Assembly (NCBI GenBank): GCA_963745025.1
Contig: CAVUWD010000013.1
Span: 420,557-484,556, forward strand
From: an uncultured delta proteobacterium
GTDB taxonomy: Bacteria; Desulfobacterota; Binatia; JACPRU01
Reading direction: 5' to 3'
Length of the DNA: 64,000 nt
A program made the position numbers and the translations under genes. The notes beneath the pieces are model-generated. The model was not told where the DNA came from, did no database searches, and saw only the letters and a program-made list of their open reading frames with translations. Numbering within the stretch: position 1 is the first letter of the stretch; each line of letters opens with the position of its first letter. Positions 29,970 to 41,160 of the stretch are shown here, one piece after another.

Positions 29970-30572
29970 ATGGCTCCTGAGAATCGACCGCTCGTGGAGT
30001 TCTTCTTCGATTACGGAAGCCCGTTCAGCTATCTGGCGGACACGCAGATTCCCGGGATCGCCGCCCGAACAGGGGCATCGATCGCTTATCGGCCGATGCT
30101 CCTCGGCGCTGTGCTGAAGGCGACGGGAAACTCCTCGCCGATGACCGTTCCCGCGAAGGCCCGATACATGGGCCGCGATCTCGAGCGCTGGGCGAAGCGC
30201 TACGGGGTCGCCTTCCAGCGCAATCCGTTCCCGTTCCTCGGGAATACGCTGCGGCTGATGCGTGGTGCGGTGGCCAGCAAGAAGCTCGGGGTCTTCGACC
30301 GCTATCATCCTGCGGTCTTCTCGGCGGCGTGGGGTCATCCGGCAGATCTCGGCGACGAGGAGGTCTTTCGGGCGGTCCTGCTTCGTGCCGGCATCGATGC
30401 CGGCGAACTCGTTGGTTCGATCGACGACCAGAGCACGAAAGACGAGCTTCGGCAGGCGACCGAGCTCGCCGTCGCGCGGGGAGTCTTCGGCGCTCCGACG
30501 TTCTTCGTCGGCGACGAAATGTTCTGGGGCAATGACCGGCTGGATTGGGTCGAGCGAGCGCTCCGCGCTTGA
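29970..30572 (+). CDS. HCCA isomerase/GST-kappa, copy C (divergent)
   Basis: FFFDYGSPFSYL...GVFGAPTF...FWGNDRL. Confidence 0.9.
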   Translation: MAPENRPLVEFFFDYGSPFSYLADTQIPGIAARTGASIAYRPMLLGAVLKATGNSSPMTVPAKARYMGRDLERWAKRYGVAFQRNPFPFLGNTLRLMRGAVASKKLGVFDRYHPAVFSAAWGHPADLGDEEVFRAVLLRAGIDAGELVGSIDDQSTKDELRQATELAVARGVFGAPTFFVGDEMFWGNDRLDWVERALRA

Positions 30573-30591
30573 ACGCCTTGGAGGTCTTCTG

Positions 30592-31092
30592 ATGCCTTTG
30601 CCACCCGTCCTGCAGTCCGTGCCCTTCCCCGTGATTGGAGCGCCGCTGTTCATCGTCAGCAACCCCAAGATGGTGATCGCGCAGTGCACCGCTGGCGTGG
30701 TCGGCTCGATGCCGGCGCTGGAACGCACGCCCGGCCTCGTTGCTCGACTAATGGCTGGCCGAAGATCACCGAAGGGCCTCGCGGCCTGGAACCGCGCGAT
30801 CACCCAGGGCGTGCCGGCGGCGCCGTTTGCGATGGACCAGATCGTGCACAAGACCAACGACCGCCCGAGCACGACATGCGGGTGTGCGCGAGAATACGAG
30901 GTGCCGATCGTGATCACGCCGCTCGAGAAGGGCGCCGACGGGCTGATCGCGGTGGCCGCAGGCGCTGGTGGTCAACCGGCGGCGCGGTGCTCGCGGCGCA
31001 GGCGATGGGCGCGGACTTCTCTACTGCATCGGCAGCATCGATCGACTTGGGCGTTCGAAATCGTGTTGCGGCCGTGGGTCGAAAAATGGTGA
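30592..31092 (+). pseudogene. Deleted nitronate-monooxygenase-family gene joined to an SDR 3' end
   Basis: PVIGAPLFIVSNP..GVVGSMPAL..GADGLIAVAAGAGG with deletions; 31024-31092 parallels 20879-20947. Confidence 0.75.
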
Positions 31093-31256
31093 CGCCAAAA
31101 TGTCCGGTGTTCGTTCGCGGAGATCAGTTGTGGGCCGCGGCGACGGCTTGCCCGGATCGGCTATTCGTTTCGGGGTACTCCAGCTCGAGCCGTACGATGC
31201 GCGCCGTCCGCGGACCGTAGATCGGGATAAGGACTACGGAGCAAAGGAGCGCGAAC

Positions 31257-32153
31257 ATGGCGACCAAAGCCTGCCGACACGGCGACCTCGAGCGTGCCCT
31301 CGATCGCATCGTTGACAGCTACGATGGCCCCGAGGAGATCAACAACCTGGAAAGCGCGGCGCTCCCCAACAAGCGTGCGGTCATCGATGCGTTCAATCAC
31401 CTCAAGCCGCTGATCTACCTTGGCTTCTACAGCACGCGTTCGCTGAATCGTGACAATCTTCGTTATTCCCTCAGCGAGCATCTCTATCCGGCTTACGAGA
31501 TACTGGTCGAGCAGATCGATCGGGCCGTCACCTACGAGGCCTGCCTGGGCCGTTCTGCACCACGCGATCCGAACTGGAGCGACGCCGCGGTTCTCCGCCT
31601 CTTCGACGCGCTCCCCATGTTGCGCCAGAAGCTGAATCTCGACGTCGTCGGAGCCCAAGAGGGTGATCCGGCGGCGCAGAGCATCGAGGAAGTCATCTTC
31701 AGCTATCCGGTGATCGAAGCTATCACCGCATACCGGCTGGCGCATGTGCTGTACCAGGAAGATGTGCCGATGATCCCCCGCATCATTTCCGAGTACGCGC
31801 ACAGCAAGACTGGCATCGACATTCATCCCGGCGCGCAGATCGGAGATCGCTTCTTCATCGACCACGGCACGGGCGTCGTCATCGGCCAAACCTGCATCAT
31901 CGGCAACAACGTCCGCCTGTATCAAAGCGTGACCCTGGGTGCGTTGAGCCTGCGCGGAGCCGAAAGCGCGGCACTGCGTTCGCATAAGCGCCATCCGACG
32001 ATCGAGGACGACGTGACGATCTATTCCAACGCGACGATTCTCGGCGGCGATACCGTCATCGGACGCGGCTCGATCATCGGCGGGAACGTGTGGCTCACCC
32101 ACTCCGTCCCGCCGAACTCGAAGATCACCTACGACGCGCAGCGCCAGGCGTAG
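31257..32153 (+). CDS. cysE: Serine O-acetyltransferase
   Basis: GDPAA, TGIDIHPGAQIG..FIDHGTGVVIG, YQSVTLG, KRHPTI. Confidence 0.93.
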   Translation: MATKACRHGDLERALDRIVDSYDGPEEINNLESAALPNKRAVIDAFNHLKPLIYLGFYSTRSLNRDNLRYSLSEHLYPAYEILVEQIDRAVTYEACLGRSAPRDPNWSDAAVLRLFDALPMLRQKLNLDVVGAQEGDPAAQSIEEVIFSYPVIEAITAYRLAHVLYQEDVPMIPRIISEYAHSKTGIDIHPGAQIGDRFFIDHGTGVVIGQTCIIGNNVRLYQSVTLGALSLRGAESAALRSHKRHPTIEDDVTIYSNATILGGDTVIGRGSIIGGNVWLTHSVPPNSKITYDAQRQA

Positions 32154-32464
32154 GGAACTCCGTCCTTGGTCCCGCTTCCGGAAGTGGTCACCGGGGAGGA
32201 GGATAGGAACGGAGGAACGACTAGCGGCCGATGTCCACATGACGGTCGATCCCGGACGTTGGGAATTCTGGGAACTCTACAGGTGTCCCCAGCGTGTCGA
32301 AGCGCCACCTCCCGGTATGACGGATCGGTCGTCGCCGTGGTCGCCGGCGGAATCGGCGCCGTGGCGGTGGTCATGCTCTGGGCCTGGCACTTGCTCGAGT
32401 TGCGCCTTGCAAGAAGCTTCGATCCACCCGATGTAGACGCCGCCCCCGCGAAGGAGACGCCCGC

Positions 32465-33394
32465 ATGAAGGCCGCGACCATCCTCGAAACGATCGGAAAT
32501 ACCCCGCATATCCGCCTGCAGCGGCTGTTCGGCGACACAGCTGAAGTGTGGATCAAGTCGGAACGGTCAAACCCCGCGGCGTCGATCAAGGATCGCATCG
32601 CCCTGTCGATGGTCGAGGATGCCGAACGTTCGGGCAAATTAAGGCCCGGCGGAGTCATCGTCGAGCCGACCAGCGGCAATACCGGCGTCGGGCTCGCCAT
32701 GGTTGCGGCGGTCAAGGGCTACAAGCTGATCCTGGTCATGCCGGACAGCATGTCGATCGAGCGCCGCCGGCTGATGCTCGCCTATGGCGCGACCTTCGAC
32801 CTTACGCCGCGCGAAAAGGGAATGAAGGGGGCGATCGCCCGAGCCCAGGAAATCCTGGCAGAAACACCGAATCGCTGGATGCCGCAGCAGTTCGACAACC
32901 CCGCCAATATCGACATCCATGTCCGGACCACCGCGCAGGAGATTCTCGCCGACTTCCGCGACGAGCCGTTCGACGCGCTGATCACCGGCGTGGGAACCGG
33001 CGGTCACATCACCGGCTGCGCGCGGGTTCTCAAGCAGGCCTGGGCCTCGCTCAAGGTATTCGCGGTCGAGCCGACGCTGTCACCGGTCATTTCCGGCGGC
33101 GAACCCGCTCCGCACCCGATCCAGGGCATCGGCGCCGGCTTCATTCCGGCCAACCTCGACGTCTCGCTGCTCGACGGGACCATCCAGGTCGCTCCCGACG
33201 ATGCCAAGGAAATGGCCCGGCGAGTTGCCCGCGAAGAAGGCATTTTGGTCGGGATTTCCTCTGGCGCGACCCTTGCGGCGATCGCCCAGAAGATTCCGGA
33301 ATTGGGCGGAAATCCGCGGATTCTCGGTTTCAATTACGACACGGGAGAACGATATTTATCGGTTCCCGACTTCCTGCCGCAGGAAGATGCTTAA
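32465..33394 (+). CDS. cysK: Cysteine synthase A
   Basis: [15 protein letters not shown] (PLP Lys), [29 protein letters not shown]. Confidence 0.95.
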   Translation: MKAATILETIGNTPHIRLQRLFGDTAEVWIKSERSNPAASIKDRIALSMVEDAERSGKLRPGGVIVEPTSGNTGVGLAMVAAVKGYKLILVMPDSMSIERRRLMLAYGATFDLTPREKGMKGAIARAQEILAETPNRWMPQQFDNPANIDIHVRTTAQEILADFRDEPFDALITGVGTGGHITGCARVLKQAWASLKVFAVEPTLSPVISGGEPAPHPIQGIGAGFIPANLDVSLLDGTIQVAPDDAKEMARRVAREEGILVGISSGATLAAIAQKIPELGGNPRILGFNYDTGERYLSVPDFLPQEDA

Positions 33395-33468
33395 CCGCCG
33401 CCGCTTACGTGGCCCAGAAGACGGGAGCTCCTACCCCAGTCGGCGGTCGCCGACGCAAGCCGGCGCGT

Positions 33469-33900
33469 TCAGCGTGGAGTTCTTTTCCGAGCGACGCTGC
33501 GAAGCGCGGCGGCATCCGGAGCGCCGACGCTCCGCCGGCAGAACCGGACGAGCGTCACGATGATCTCCTCCTCCGCCGCGATCTGCCCCGCGACCGGCGA
33601 CAACGGCCCGACGAGCGATTCGGCGATCGCTCCGACCCGGGCTGCCGCGCCGAGCTCGACGTTCTGCTCCGGGATCTCCCCCGCGGCGATCGCCTGTCGC
33701 AGGAGACCCCCCATGTGCCGGCAGTACGTCCGCCGATAGACGAGACGCTCCTCGTCCACCAGCGGGTCCACCGGCTCATAGAGAAGCGCCCAAGCCAATC
33801 GGCGACGACGGAGCGCCCGCCTCGCGTGCGTGGCGACCGCGGCCTCGAGACGCTCCACGCACCGGCCGGTGACCGCCGCCTCGTCAATCGCGGCGAGATC
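33469..33900 (-). pseudogene. TetR C-terminal domain remnant
   Basis: RRLAWALLYEPVDPLVDEERLVYRR..GEIPEQN..VGAIAESLVGPL; no HTH. Confidence 0.7.
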
Positions 33901-34042
33901 CCTCCTGGCGACAGGGAGCCATCATCCAGCGCCGGTTGACGAGCGATGGAAGGCAAGGCGTGAATGTGCTCAATCGCGAATTGTAGGAGCAGTTAGAAAG
34001 CCCGGGGGGCCGACAAGCCCACTGCCCCGGCCGGTGATCGCG

Positions 34043-34490
34043 ATGGGCCCCTGGTGGAAGGCGCTTCTCGACTCTCTCGAGTTCCGCTGGACCGAGGTTC
34101 TCTTCGGTTTCGGCGTCTTCCTGCTCGCTTCCGTCGGCGGTCTCACTCTCATGAGCGTTCTGCTCGTCCGCCTTCCCGCCGCCTACTTCACCGACTCGTA
34201 CTCGCGCGACTTCTGGGTTGACCGGCATCCGGTCCTTCGCTGGGCGGGATTGATCGCGAAGAACCTCCTCGGCCTCTTCGATGGTCGCGGTGGGCGTCGT
34301 GCTCGCGATGCCGGGAGTCCCGGGACCAGGATTCTTGACGATCCTGATCGGCGTGTCCCTGGTCGACTTCCCTGGGAAGCGACGCCTGGAGCGCAGATTG
34401 ATCCGGCGCCCCCGGGTCCTCGCTGCGGTCAATCGACACCGCGAGCGAATGCGACCGTCCGCCGCTCGTCCTGGACGAGGCCGCGGGTAG
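34043..34490 (+). CDS. PGPGW-type membrane protein, frameshift near 34280
   Basis: LVRLPAAYF..KNLLG / VPGPGFLTILIG..DFPGKRRLERRL. Confidence 0.75.
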
Positions 34491-34556
34491 CCGCGACGAA
34501 TCGAAGAAGAGCTCCGTCGCTCACTGAGGGTTCGGATGCCCATGTCCTAGCGCGGC

Positions 34557-35000
34557 CTACGGCTCAACCGGAATGCTGACGAGCACGGCACCGAAAGCGA
34601 TCAGCGCCACTCCGAGGCTCACGTGCCAGCTCGGCCGCTCCCCGAGGAACAGCACGGACAGGATCACGACGAGCACCACGCTCAGCTTGTCGATCGGTGC
34701 CACCTGTGAGGCCGGACCAAGCTGAAGTGCCCTGAAGTAGCAGAGCCACGAAAGTCCCGTGGCGACGCCTGATAGCATGAGAAACGCCAAGGCACTCGTG
34801 CTGATCTCCTCCGGGCGTTTCCACTCGTAACGAACGGTGACCAGCAACGCCGTGACCACCAGGATCACCACGGTCCGGATGAGCGTCGCCAAGTCGGAGT
34901 TGATTTCAGCGACGCCCACCTTGCCGAAGATCGCCGTAAGCGCCGCAAAGAACGCCGAGCCCAGGGCGAAAACCTGCCAGTGCTGGAGAAGTTGAGCCAT
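34557..35000 (-). CDS. EamA-family transporter
   Basis: FAALTAIFGKVG, ATGLSWLCYFRAL, VAPIDKLSV. Confidence 0.92.
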   Translation of the reverse strand: MAQLLQHWQVFALGSAFFAALTAIFGKVGVAEINSDLATLIRTVVILVVTALLVTVRYEWKRPEEISTSALAFLMLSGVATGLSWLCYFRALQLGPASQVAPIDKLSVVLVVILSVLFLGERPSWHVSLGVALIAFGAVLVSIPVEP

Positions 35001-35103
35001 GCACTCTTCTATCCCCCTCGCGAGGCTCTCCCAAGACGACAGAGTCTAGCGCCGAACCTTGATCGTGCCGGATGAATCCGTCCATGATGCGACCGGCCTT
35101 ACA

Positions 35104-36046
35104 ATGCCGGTCACCGGAACAACCGCGGGGACACGCGCAGCCCGCTTCTTCTTCATGCACATGGGGAGCCTCGTCGCCGTCGTCGTCTACTTCTACGTCT
35201 ACGGCGCCAGTGGCTACTCCGCTGACGGTCTGCGCTCGGCGCTGCGTCACGGCGCTCATCGTGAAGAGCGGCTACATGGCGCTCGCCTACTGGTACGGCG
35301 AGCACAAGTATTTCGACTTCGGTATCTGGATCATGTTCGCCGTCGGCACCGTGGCGGCTTATGGAAGCATCGATCCCGTAGTCAGACTGTTCCGGGTCTA
35401 CTCGGCTGCGATTCTCTTCACGACGCTCGGTCTGACCGCCATCGTGCCTCTCCTCCTCGGCCGCGAGCCCTTCACGTACTACTTCGCGCGGCGCCAGCTT
35501 CCGCCTTGGCAGCTCAAGACCGCCGAGTTTTACGCGATCAGCCGCGTCATGACCGCCTACTGGGCGCTGATCTTCTTCGCGGCGGCCGCGCTCTGCGCCC
35601 ACGCTCCGCTCGATCCGCGCTTCACGTTTCTCTACCCGAACCTCCTCGTCTTCGGTCCCGGTATCACGGCGCAGTGGTGGCTGCCGCCGCTCTACTTCAA
35701 GATCTTTCCGCCGAAGCTGCCCGAGGCGATCGAGCCCCTCATCATGGGGATGCCGATGGCGTTCAACGCCGAGACGGCGAGAGACGCGCGGGCATCTATC
35801 CAATTCCACGTCAGCGGCACCGAGCCGGGGGACTATTGGCTACGAATCGCCGACGGAAAGTGCGAGAGCTTCGAGGGCGTCGCCGATCGGCCCGACCTGA
35901 CCGTGCATACGCCGGACACCGTCTGGTTGCAGATCGCGCACGGCAAGCTCGACGGGGGGAATGCGTTGGCGGAAGGCCGCTATCGGGTCGATGGCGACTT
36001 CGCGATCCTCGGCAAGATGCGCGAGTGGTTCGCTCGCTCTGGGTGA
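35104..36046 (+). CDS. Membrane protein with C-terminal SCP2 sterol-binding domain, frameshift near 35245
   Basis: TM segments with PFTYYFAR, then IQFHVSG..IADGKC..PDLT..GKLDG..YRVDGD. Confidence 0.75.
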
Positions 36047-36269
36047 ACCGGCCGGTTGGTGATCGACCTGTAGTGGTCAGCGAGCGCGACGGCGATGACG
36101 ATACCGACCCCGACTCGTGGCGGACTTCCCCTCGCCCTGAATGGTGCCGCCGTTACGCTGACCCGGCAAGCAGCTCGACGGATCGTGGGGAATCCCGATC
36201 CGCCTTGCGGTAGCTTCGCGGATCGTGAAAGACGACCCTTGCCATGGGACGAGCCCGAACGCACTGTAA

Positions 36270-38141
36270 ATGATCGAGCCCCACCCGAAACCCCTGCCCG
36301 AGGACACGACTGCGGTCGATAAGCGCGAGGGGCACGTCGCCTCGCTCGAGCGTGACGCCGGCGCCCGGGGTGATTTTGCGGTGGTCGCCGAGCTGCTGCC
36401 CTACCTGCGTCCCTATCTCGGCCGCATCGTCCTCGCTCTCGGACTGATCCTCGGCGCCAAGCTCGCCAACATGCTGGTGCCGATCGCGCTCAAGAAGATC
36501 GTCGACCACCTCGGTCTCGAGCCCGGCATGCGGACGTTGCCAATCGCGCTGCTGGTCGCGTACGGGGGTTCGCGCGTCGGCGTCACGCTCTTCACCGAGC
36601 TCCGCCAGGTCGTGTTCGCCCGCGTGATGGCACGGGCTTCGCGGCAGATCACGCTGAAGGTGTTCCGCCATCTCCACGGGTTGAGCCTGAAGTTCCATCT
36701 CGCGCGGCGCACCGGCGGCGTCGCCCGCGACGTCGAGCGCGGCGGCAGCGCGATCTCCGATCTCCTCGACTGGACGCTCTACACCATCCTACCGACCGCG
36801 CTGGAAGTGACTATGGTCACCGCCGTTCTGGTCTGGGCCTACGATTGGAGCTTCGCGCTGATCACGCTCGGCACGCTGGCAGCGTACTCGTCGTGGAGCA
36901 TCGCCATCACCGAATGGCGCACTGGCTTCTACCGCGCCGCGGTCGAGGCCGACACGCGCGCCAACGAACGGGCGGTCGATTCGCTGCTCAACTACGAGAC
37001 GGTCAAGTACTTCAACAACGAGGCCCACGAAGCCGCCCGCTACGACGAGAATCTGCGCCACCTCGAGAACGCGAGGATCAAGTCGCAGAAGACGCTCGCC
37101 GTGCTGAACCTCGGCCAGACCATGATCGTGGCGATCGGCGTCACCGTGATGATGTGGCACGCCGCCGCCGGCGTGGTCGCCGGCAAGCTCACCGTCGGCG
37201 ACCTGGTGCTCGTCAACGCCTACCTGCTGCAGCTCTCGGCGCCGCTCGCCATGCTCGGCATGGTCTACCGCGAGGTGAAGCAGGCGCTGACCAACATGGA
37301 GCGGCTGTTCGGTCTACTCGACGAGCGCCAAGACGTGCAGGACCGACCCGACGCGCAGCCACTTGTCACGCGTCACCCGCGCGTCAGCTTCGAGCGCGTG
37401 CGCTTTGGCTACGACCCGCGCCGCGAGATTTTGAAGGGCGTCGACTTCGACATCGCTCCCGGCGGCACGGTTGCCGTAGTCGGTCACTCGGGCTCCGGCA
37501 AGTCGACGCTGGCGCGGCTCCTCTACCGCTTCTACGACGTCGACGCCGGCCACATCCGCATCGACGGCCGTGATCTCCGCGATCTCACCCAGGCGTCGCT
37601 GCGCGCGGCGATCGCCATCGTTCCGCAGGACACGGTGCTGTTCAACGACACGATCTTCTACAACATCCGCTACGGCCGCCCGGAGGCGAGCCGCGCGGAG
37701 GTCGAAGGCGCCGCGCGCGCCGCGCACATCCACGACTTCATCGTACGAATGCCAGATGGCTACGAGACCGAGGTCGGCGAGCGCGGCCTCAAGCTCTCCG
37801 GCGGTGAGAAGCAGCGCGTGGCAATCGCCCGGGCCCTTTTGAAAGACCCCGCAATTCTGATCTTCGACGAGGCCACCTCGGCGCTGGATTCGAAGTCGGA
37901 AAAGGCGATCCAGGCCGAGCTCGACCGCATCCAGGTCGGCCGCACGACGCTCGTCATCGCGCATCGTCTGTCGACGGTGATGGACGCCGACCAGATCCTG
38001 GTGATGGGCTCCGGTCGGATCGTCGAGCGTGGCAGCCACGGCGAGCTCGTCGCCGCCGACGGCCAGTACGCGCAGATGTGGCGCCTGCAGCAAGCGGAGC
38101 GGATCGCGGAAATTTCACCCACTCGGGTGAGCCCCGAGTAG
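36270..38141 (+). CDS. Atm1/ABCB7-type ABC exporter (fused permease and ATPase)
   Basis: FHLARRTGG, DSLLNYETVKYF, GHSGSGKS, LSGGEKQR, DEATSALD. Confidence 0.93.
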   Translation: MIEPHPKPLPEDTTAVDKREGHVASLERDAGARGDFAVVAELLPYLRPYLGRIVLALGLILGAKLANMLVPIALKKIVDHLGLEPGMRTLPIALLVAYGGSRVGVTLFTELRQVVFARVMARASRQITLKVFRHLHGLSLKFHLARRTGGVARDVERGGSAISDLLDWTLYTILPTALEVTMVTAVLVWAYDWSFALITLGTLAAYSSWSIAITEWRTGFYRAAVEADTRANERAVDSLLNYETVKYFNNEAHEAARYDENLRHLENARIKSQKTLAVLNLGQTMIVAIGVTVMMWHAAAGVVAGKLTVGDLVLVNAYLLQLSAPLAMLGMVYREVKQALTNMERLFGLLDERQDVQDRPDAQPLVTRHPRVSFERVRFGYDPRREILKGVDFDIAPGGTVAVVGHSGSGKSTLARLLYRFYDVDAGHIRIDGRDLRDLTQASLRAAIAIVPQDTVLFNDTIFYNIRYGRPEASRAEVEGAARAAHIHDFIVRMPDGYETEVGERGLKLSGGEKQRVAIARALLKDPAILIFDEATSALDSKSEKAIQAELDRIQVGRTTLVIAHRLSTVMDADQILVMGSGRIVERGSHGELVAADGQYAQMWRLQQAERIAEISPTRVSPE

Positions 38142-38953
38142 GCGCGCGTGAAAGAAGCCAGAGGGACTATCCCCTGGCCGCTCTCAACGTGCGCACGCTG
38201 CGGAGGAAACGCTCGGAGACGACGTTCGGGGCCCGTACCGGCGTGCGCACGACGTGGATACTTGTCGCCGCGGCTACCGAGAGTCGAACCGGCCACCGAA
38301 CTTGTCGTCATGGTCGCGGACGAACCGCTGGCAAGCGCGCCCCACGCGGTGGCTTCCCGTCTCTTTCCTCGCCGGATACAATGGATCATCTTCAGACGCA
38401 TCGCCCGCCACCGGAGGCCCGCATGGACTGCCCGAAGGATCGGACTCCTCTTGAGGTCATTCACTTTCACTCCATCCCAATACACCGGCTCGGCGCGACC
38501 GAAACACGGCGTTTCTGAAGGATCGTCTCCAGTCTCAATTCGCCGGAGCTATTGGAGGCACTTCACCGAGGACAGCAGTCCGTGGACGGAATCGCAGTGG
38601 AGGAACGACATGGTTTCGTGGAGGCCTTCGGCGCCAACACTCGCGACTGATCGGAGCAGGCTTCGGCGGGAGGTGGTGGATTTGGCGGCGGTCGTGCACG
38701 CAAACGACGACCTGCTGAAACGGGTGAAAGGCCGCGACGGTGTCCCTAAAGGCCGCGTCATGAAGCCTCATATCCTTCCGTTCTCCGAATCGGCGTCGGC
38801 GGCATGGATCACGCCGCTAGTTCGGGGGAACTTCGGATTAGGAGCACCGTGAAGACCACTCGTCATTCCCCCCGCAGGCGCGGATCAAAGAAGGCCACGA
38901 CTAAGGGGGTAGCGGACCGTGTCAGAACGGCTGCGGAACGAGGAGAGACCGCG

Positions 38954-40570
38954 ATGTCCAACGGTGTGACCGATGAGATGCGAGACTCGAAGACTCCGAG
39001 ATCCGTGAACGTTGTCGCCGAGGCCCCGCCTCAGGTTACCGACCCAACACTTGGGATAGCGGTTTCCGTAACCCGGAAGGGCACCCCTCGTCATCGGCTG
39101 GTCACCATCGGTGACTCTCTCACCCACGGGTTTCAAAGCGGCGCGATATACAACACCGACATCTCCTACCCCATGATGATCGCTTGGGAGATGGGCTGGG
39201 ACGACTATTTTCGGCGACCTCGCTACCAGGGTTATGGAGGACTTCCGATCAACATCGAATTCATCATTCGCCACCTCGAGCGCGAGTATGGGGAGCAGCT
39301 CAATTGGTGGGAAATCCCTTTGGCACTCTTCGACCTCCGGCACCAGATGGACGAGATCGAGGACTGGTGGGAGCGGGGACCAGGATCGACCGTCCCCAAC
39401 GAGGTTGGCATCAAGCACAACCTCGCCGTCTACGGCTGGGACCTCCGCGACACGCTCTACCGAAATGCCACCAATCTTGCCGCCCTCATTACAAAACCCA
39501 AAGATGAACTCTTCCGGCAAATCGTCGAGAACGCCAACGAGCGTGCGGCTCTCCGCGTACTTAACTCAGCCCGTGACAAGAACAACGGAGCGCTCACGCC
39601 GCTCGAAGCCGCCGCCGCGCTTGGAGCGGAAGGTTCCATCGAGGACGGAAACGGTGACGGGATCGAGACGCTCATCGTATTCCTCGGGGCGAACAACGCG
39701 CTGGGAACAGTGGTTCGACTCGAGGTTGTCTGGAGTACCGCGCCGGATTTCAAAGATCCCGCGAAAAAAGCCAGTTTCACGGTCTGGGATCCCGTCCACT
39801 TCGACGAGGAACTCAGAGAAGTGGTGAGCGCGGTCAAGAAGATTCGCGCCCGGCATGTGATCTGGGCAACGGTTCCCCATGTGACGATCGCCCCGGTTGC
39901 GCGAGGGGTGGGCAAAGACAAGGTGCGACCCGGGTCACGATACTTCCCGTACTATACGCGTCCCTGGATCGCCGATAGGGACTTTGATCCGTCAGAGGAT
40001 CCACACATTAGTGAACAGGAAGCGCGTGCAATCGATAGCGCCATCGACCAATACAACACGGCGATCGTAAAGGCTGTGCAGGATGCCCGTAAAGAGACAC
40101 CGGCCCCACGAGATTGGTACCTGCTCGATGTATGCGCGCTGCTCGATCGGCTAGCGGCGCGCCGCTACGAAGAGGACATCGCTGCTAGACCCACGTGGTG
40201 GACAAAGTATGAACTCCCGCCGGCACTGCAGGCACTCTCTCCGAAGCCGGACTCTCACTTCTTCACCTCGGGACCGGAGGGCCGGGTCAAGGGAGGACTC
40301 TTTTCCCTGGATGGGGTCCATCCAACGACGATCGCTTACGGGCTCATCGCTCAGGAGTTCATTAACATCATGCGGCGGGCTGGCGTCGTCTTCCATATGG
40401 GCGACGGCAAGACCCCCCGGTCTGGTCCGGTGCTCGTCGATTTCAAGCGCCTGATCACCCTCGATACGCTCATCTCCGATCCACCCCGCTCGCTCGGAAG
40501 CGACCTCGCCCTCATCCGGTGGGTCGACCAGAAGCTCGACGTGCTGAAGCGTCTCTTTCGCTTCGGTTAG
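38954..40570 (+). CDS. Large SGNH/GDSL-type hydrolase
   Basis: IGDSLTHG (block I), LGANN (block III), SLDGVHP (block V); AGGAG RBS. Confidence 0.75.
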   Translation: MSNGVTDEMRDSKTPRSVNVVAEAPPQVTDPTLGIAVSVTRKGTPRHRLVTIGDSLTHGFQSGAIYNTDISYPMMIAWEMGWDDYFRRPRYQGYGGLPINIEFIIRHLEREYGEQLNWWEIPLALFDLRHQMDEIEDWWERGPGSTVPNEVGIKHNLAVYGWDLRDTLYRNATNLAALITKPKDELFRQIVENANERAALRVLNSARDKNNGALTPLEAAAALGAEGSIEDGNGDGIETLIVFLGANNALGTVVRLEVVWSTAPDFKDPAKKASFTVWDPVHFDEELREVVSAVKKIRARHVIWATVPHVTIAPVARGVGKDKVRPGSRYFPYYTRPWIADRDFDPSEDPHISEQEARAIDSAIDQYNTAIVKAVQDARKETPAPRDWYLLDVCALLDRLAARRYEEDIAARPTWWTKYELPPALQALSPKPDSHFFTSGPEGRVKGGLFSLDGVHPTTIAYGLIAQEFINIMRRAGVVFHMGDGKTPRSGPVLVDFKRLITLDTLISDPPRSLGSDLALIRWVDQKLDVLKRLFRFG

Positions 40571-40916
40571 TGACGGGCCAGCGGGAAGGTTTTTCGTTGA
40601 TGTGAGCCGAGACCTGAAGGGCTCGGATAGGTTCTAGCCGATAAAACCCTTTGAGCTTACCGTGAAGACGCGCTGCGAACGCCAAAGGCCTGCATTGTCT
40701 GGCGCAGCTCCTGCGGAATCCCGGCCGGGAGCTCCACGCCACCGATCTGATCGGGGTGGGCGCTACGGCGGCAGGTGACACGGTCGTCGGCGAAACGGCG
40801 GCGGTCGGGGATCTCGGCGACGCGGGGAAGGCTCTCACGGATCTGCGGGCACCTCTCTTTAGACGATTCATGAGGCTTCCGTATCCACCGGGACAGGGTA
40901 GTCTCGCTCTCGGCGC

Positions 40917-41160
40917 TCAGATGACCTCGCGGTCCGGCGCCGGCAGCGTGCTGGCGAGCGCGCGGTACACGGCCGGATTGAACGTCAGCCCGATGTGGCT
41001 GCCGGACACTTCGACGTTCGTTGCCCGAGGATCGCGCTCCATCGCCGCCGGATGGCGCACGATGCGATCACCGCGGCTGTAGACCGCGTTCATACGCACC
41101 TCGTCCGGCAGGCGGCTTCGGGCCATCGTCAAGGGCGACCCGAGCGCGATCAATAGGTTT
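40917..41160 (-). pseudogene. Alpha/beta hydrolase C-terminal remnant
   Basis: LIALGSP..AVYSRGDRIV..NVEVSGSHIGLTFNP. Confidence 0.55.
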
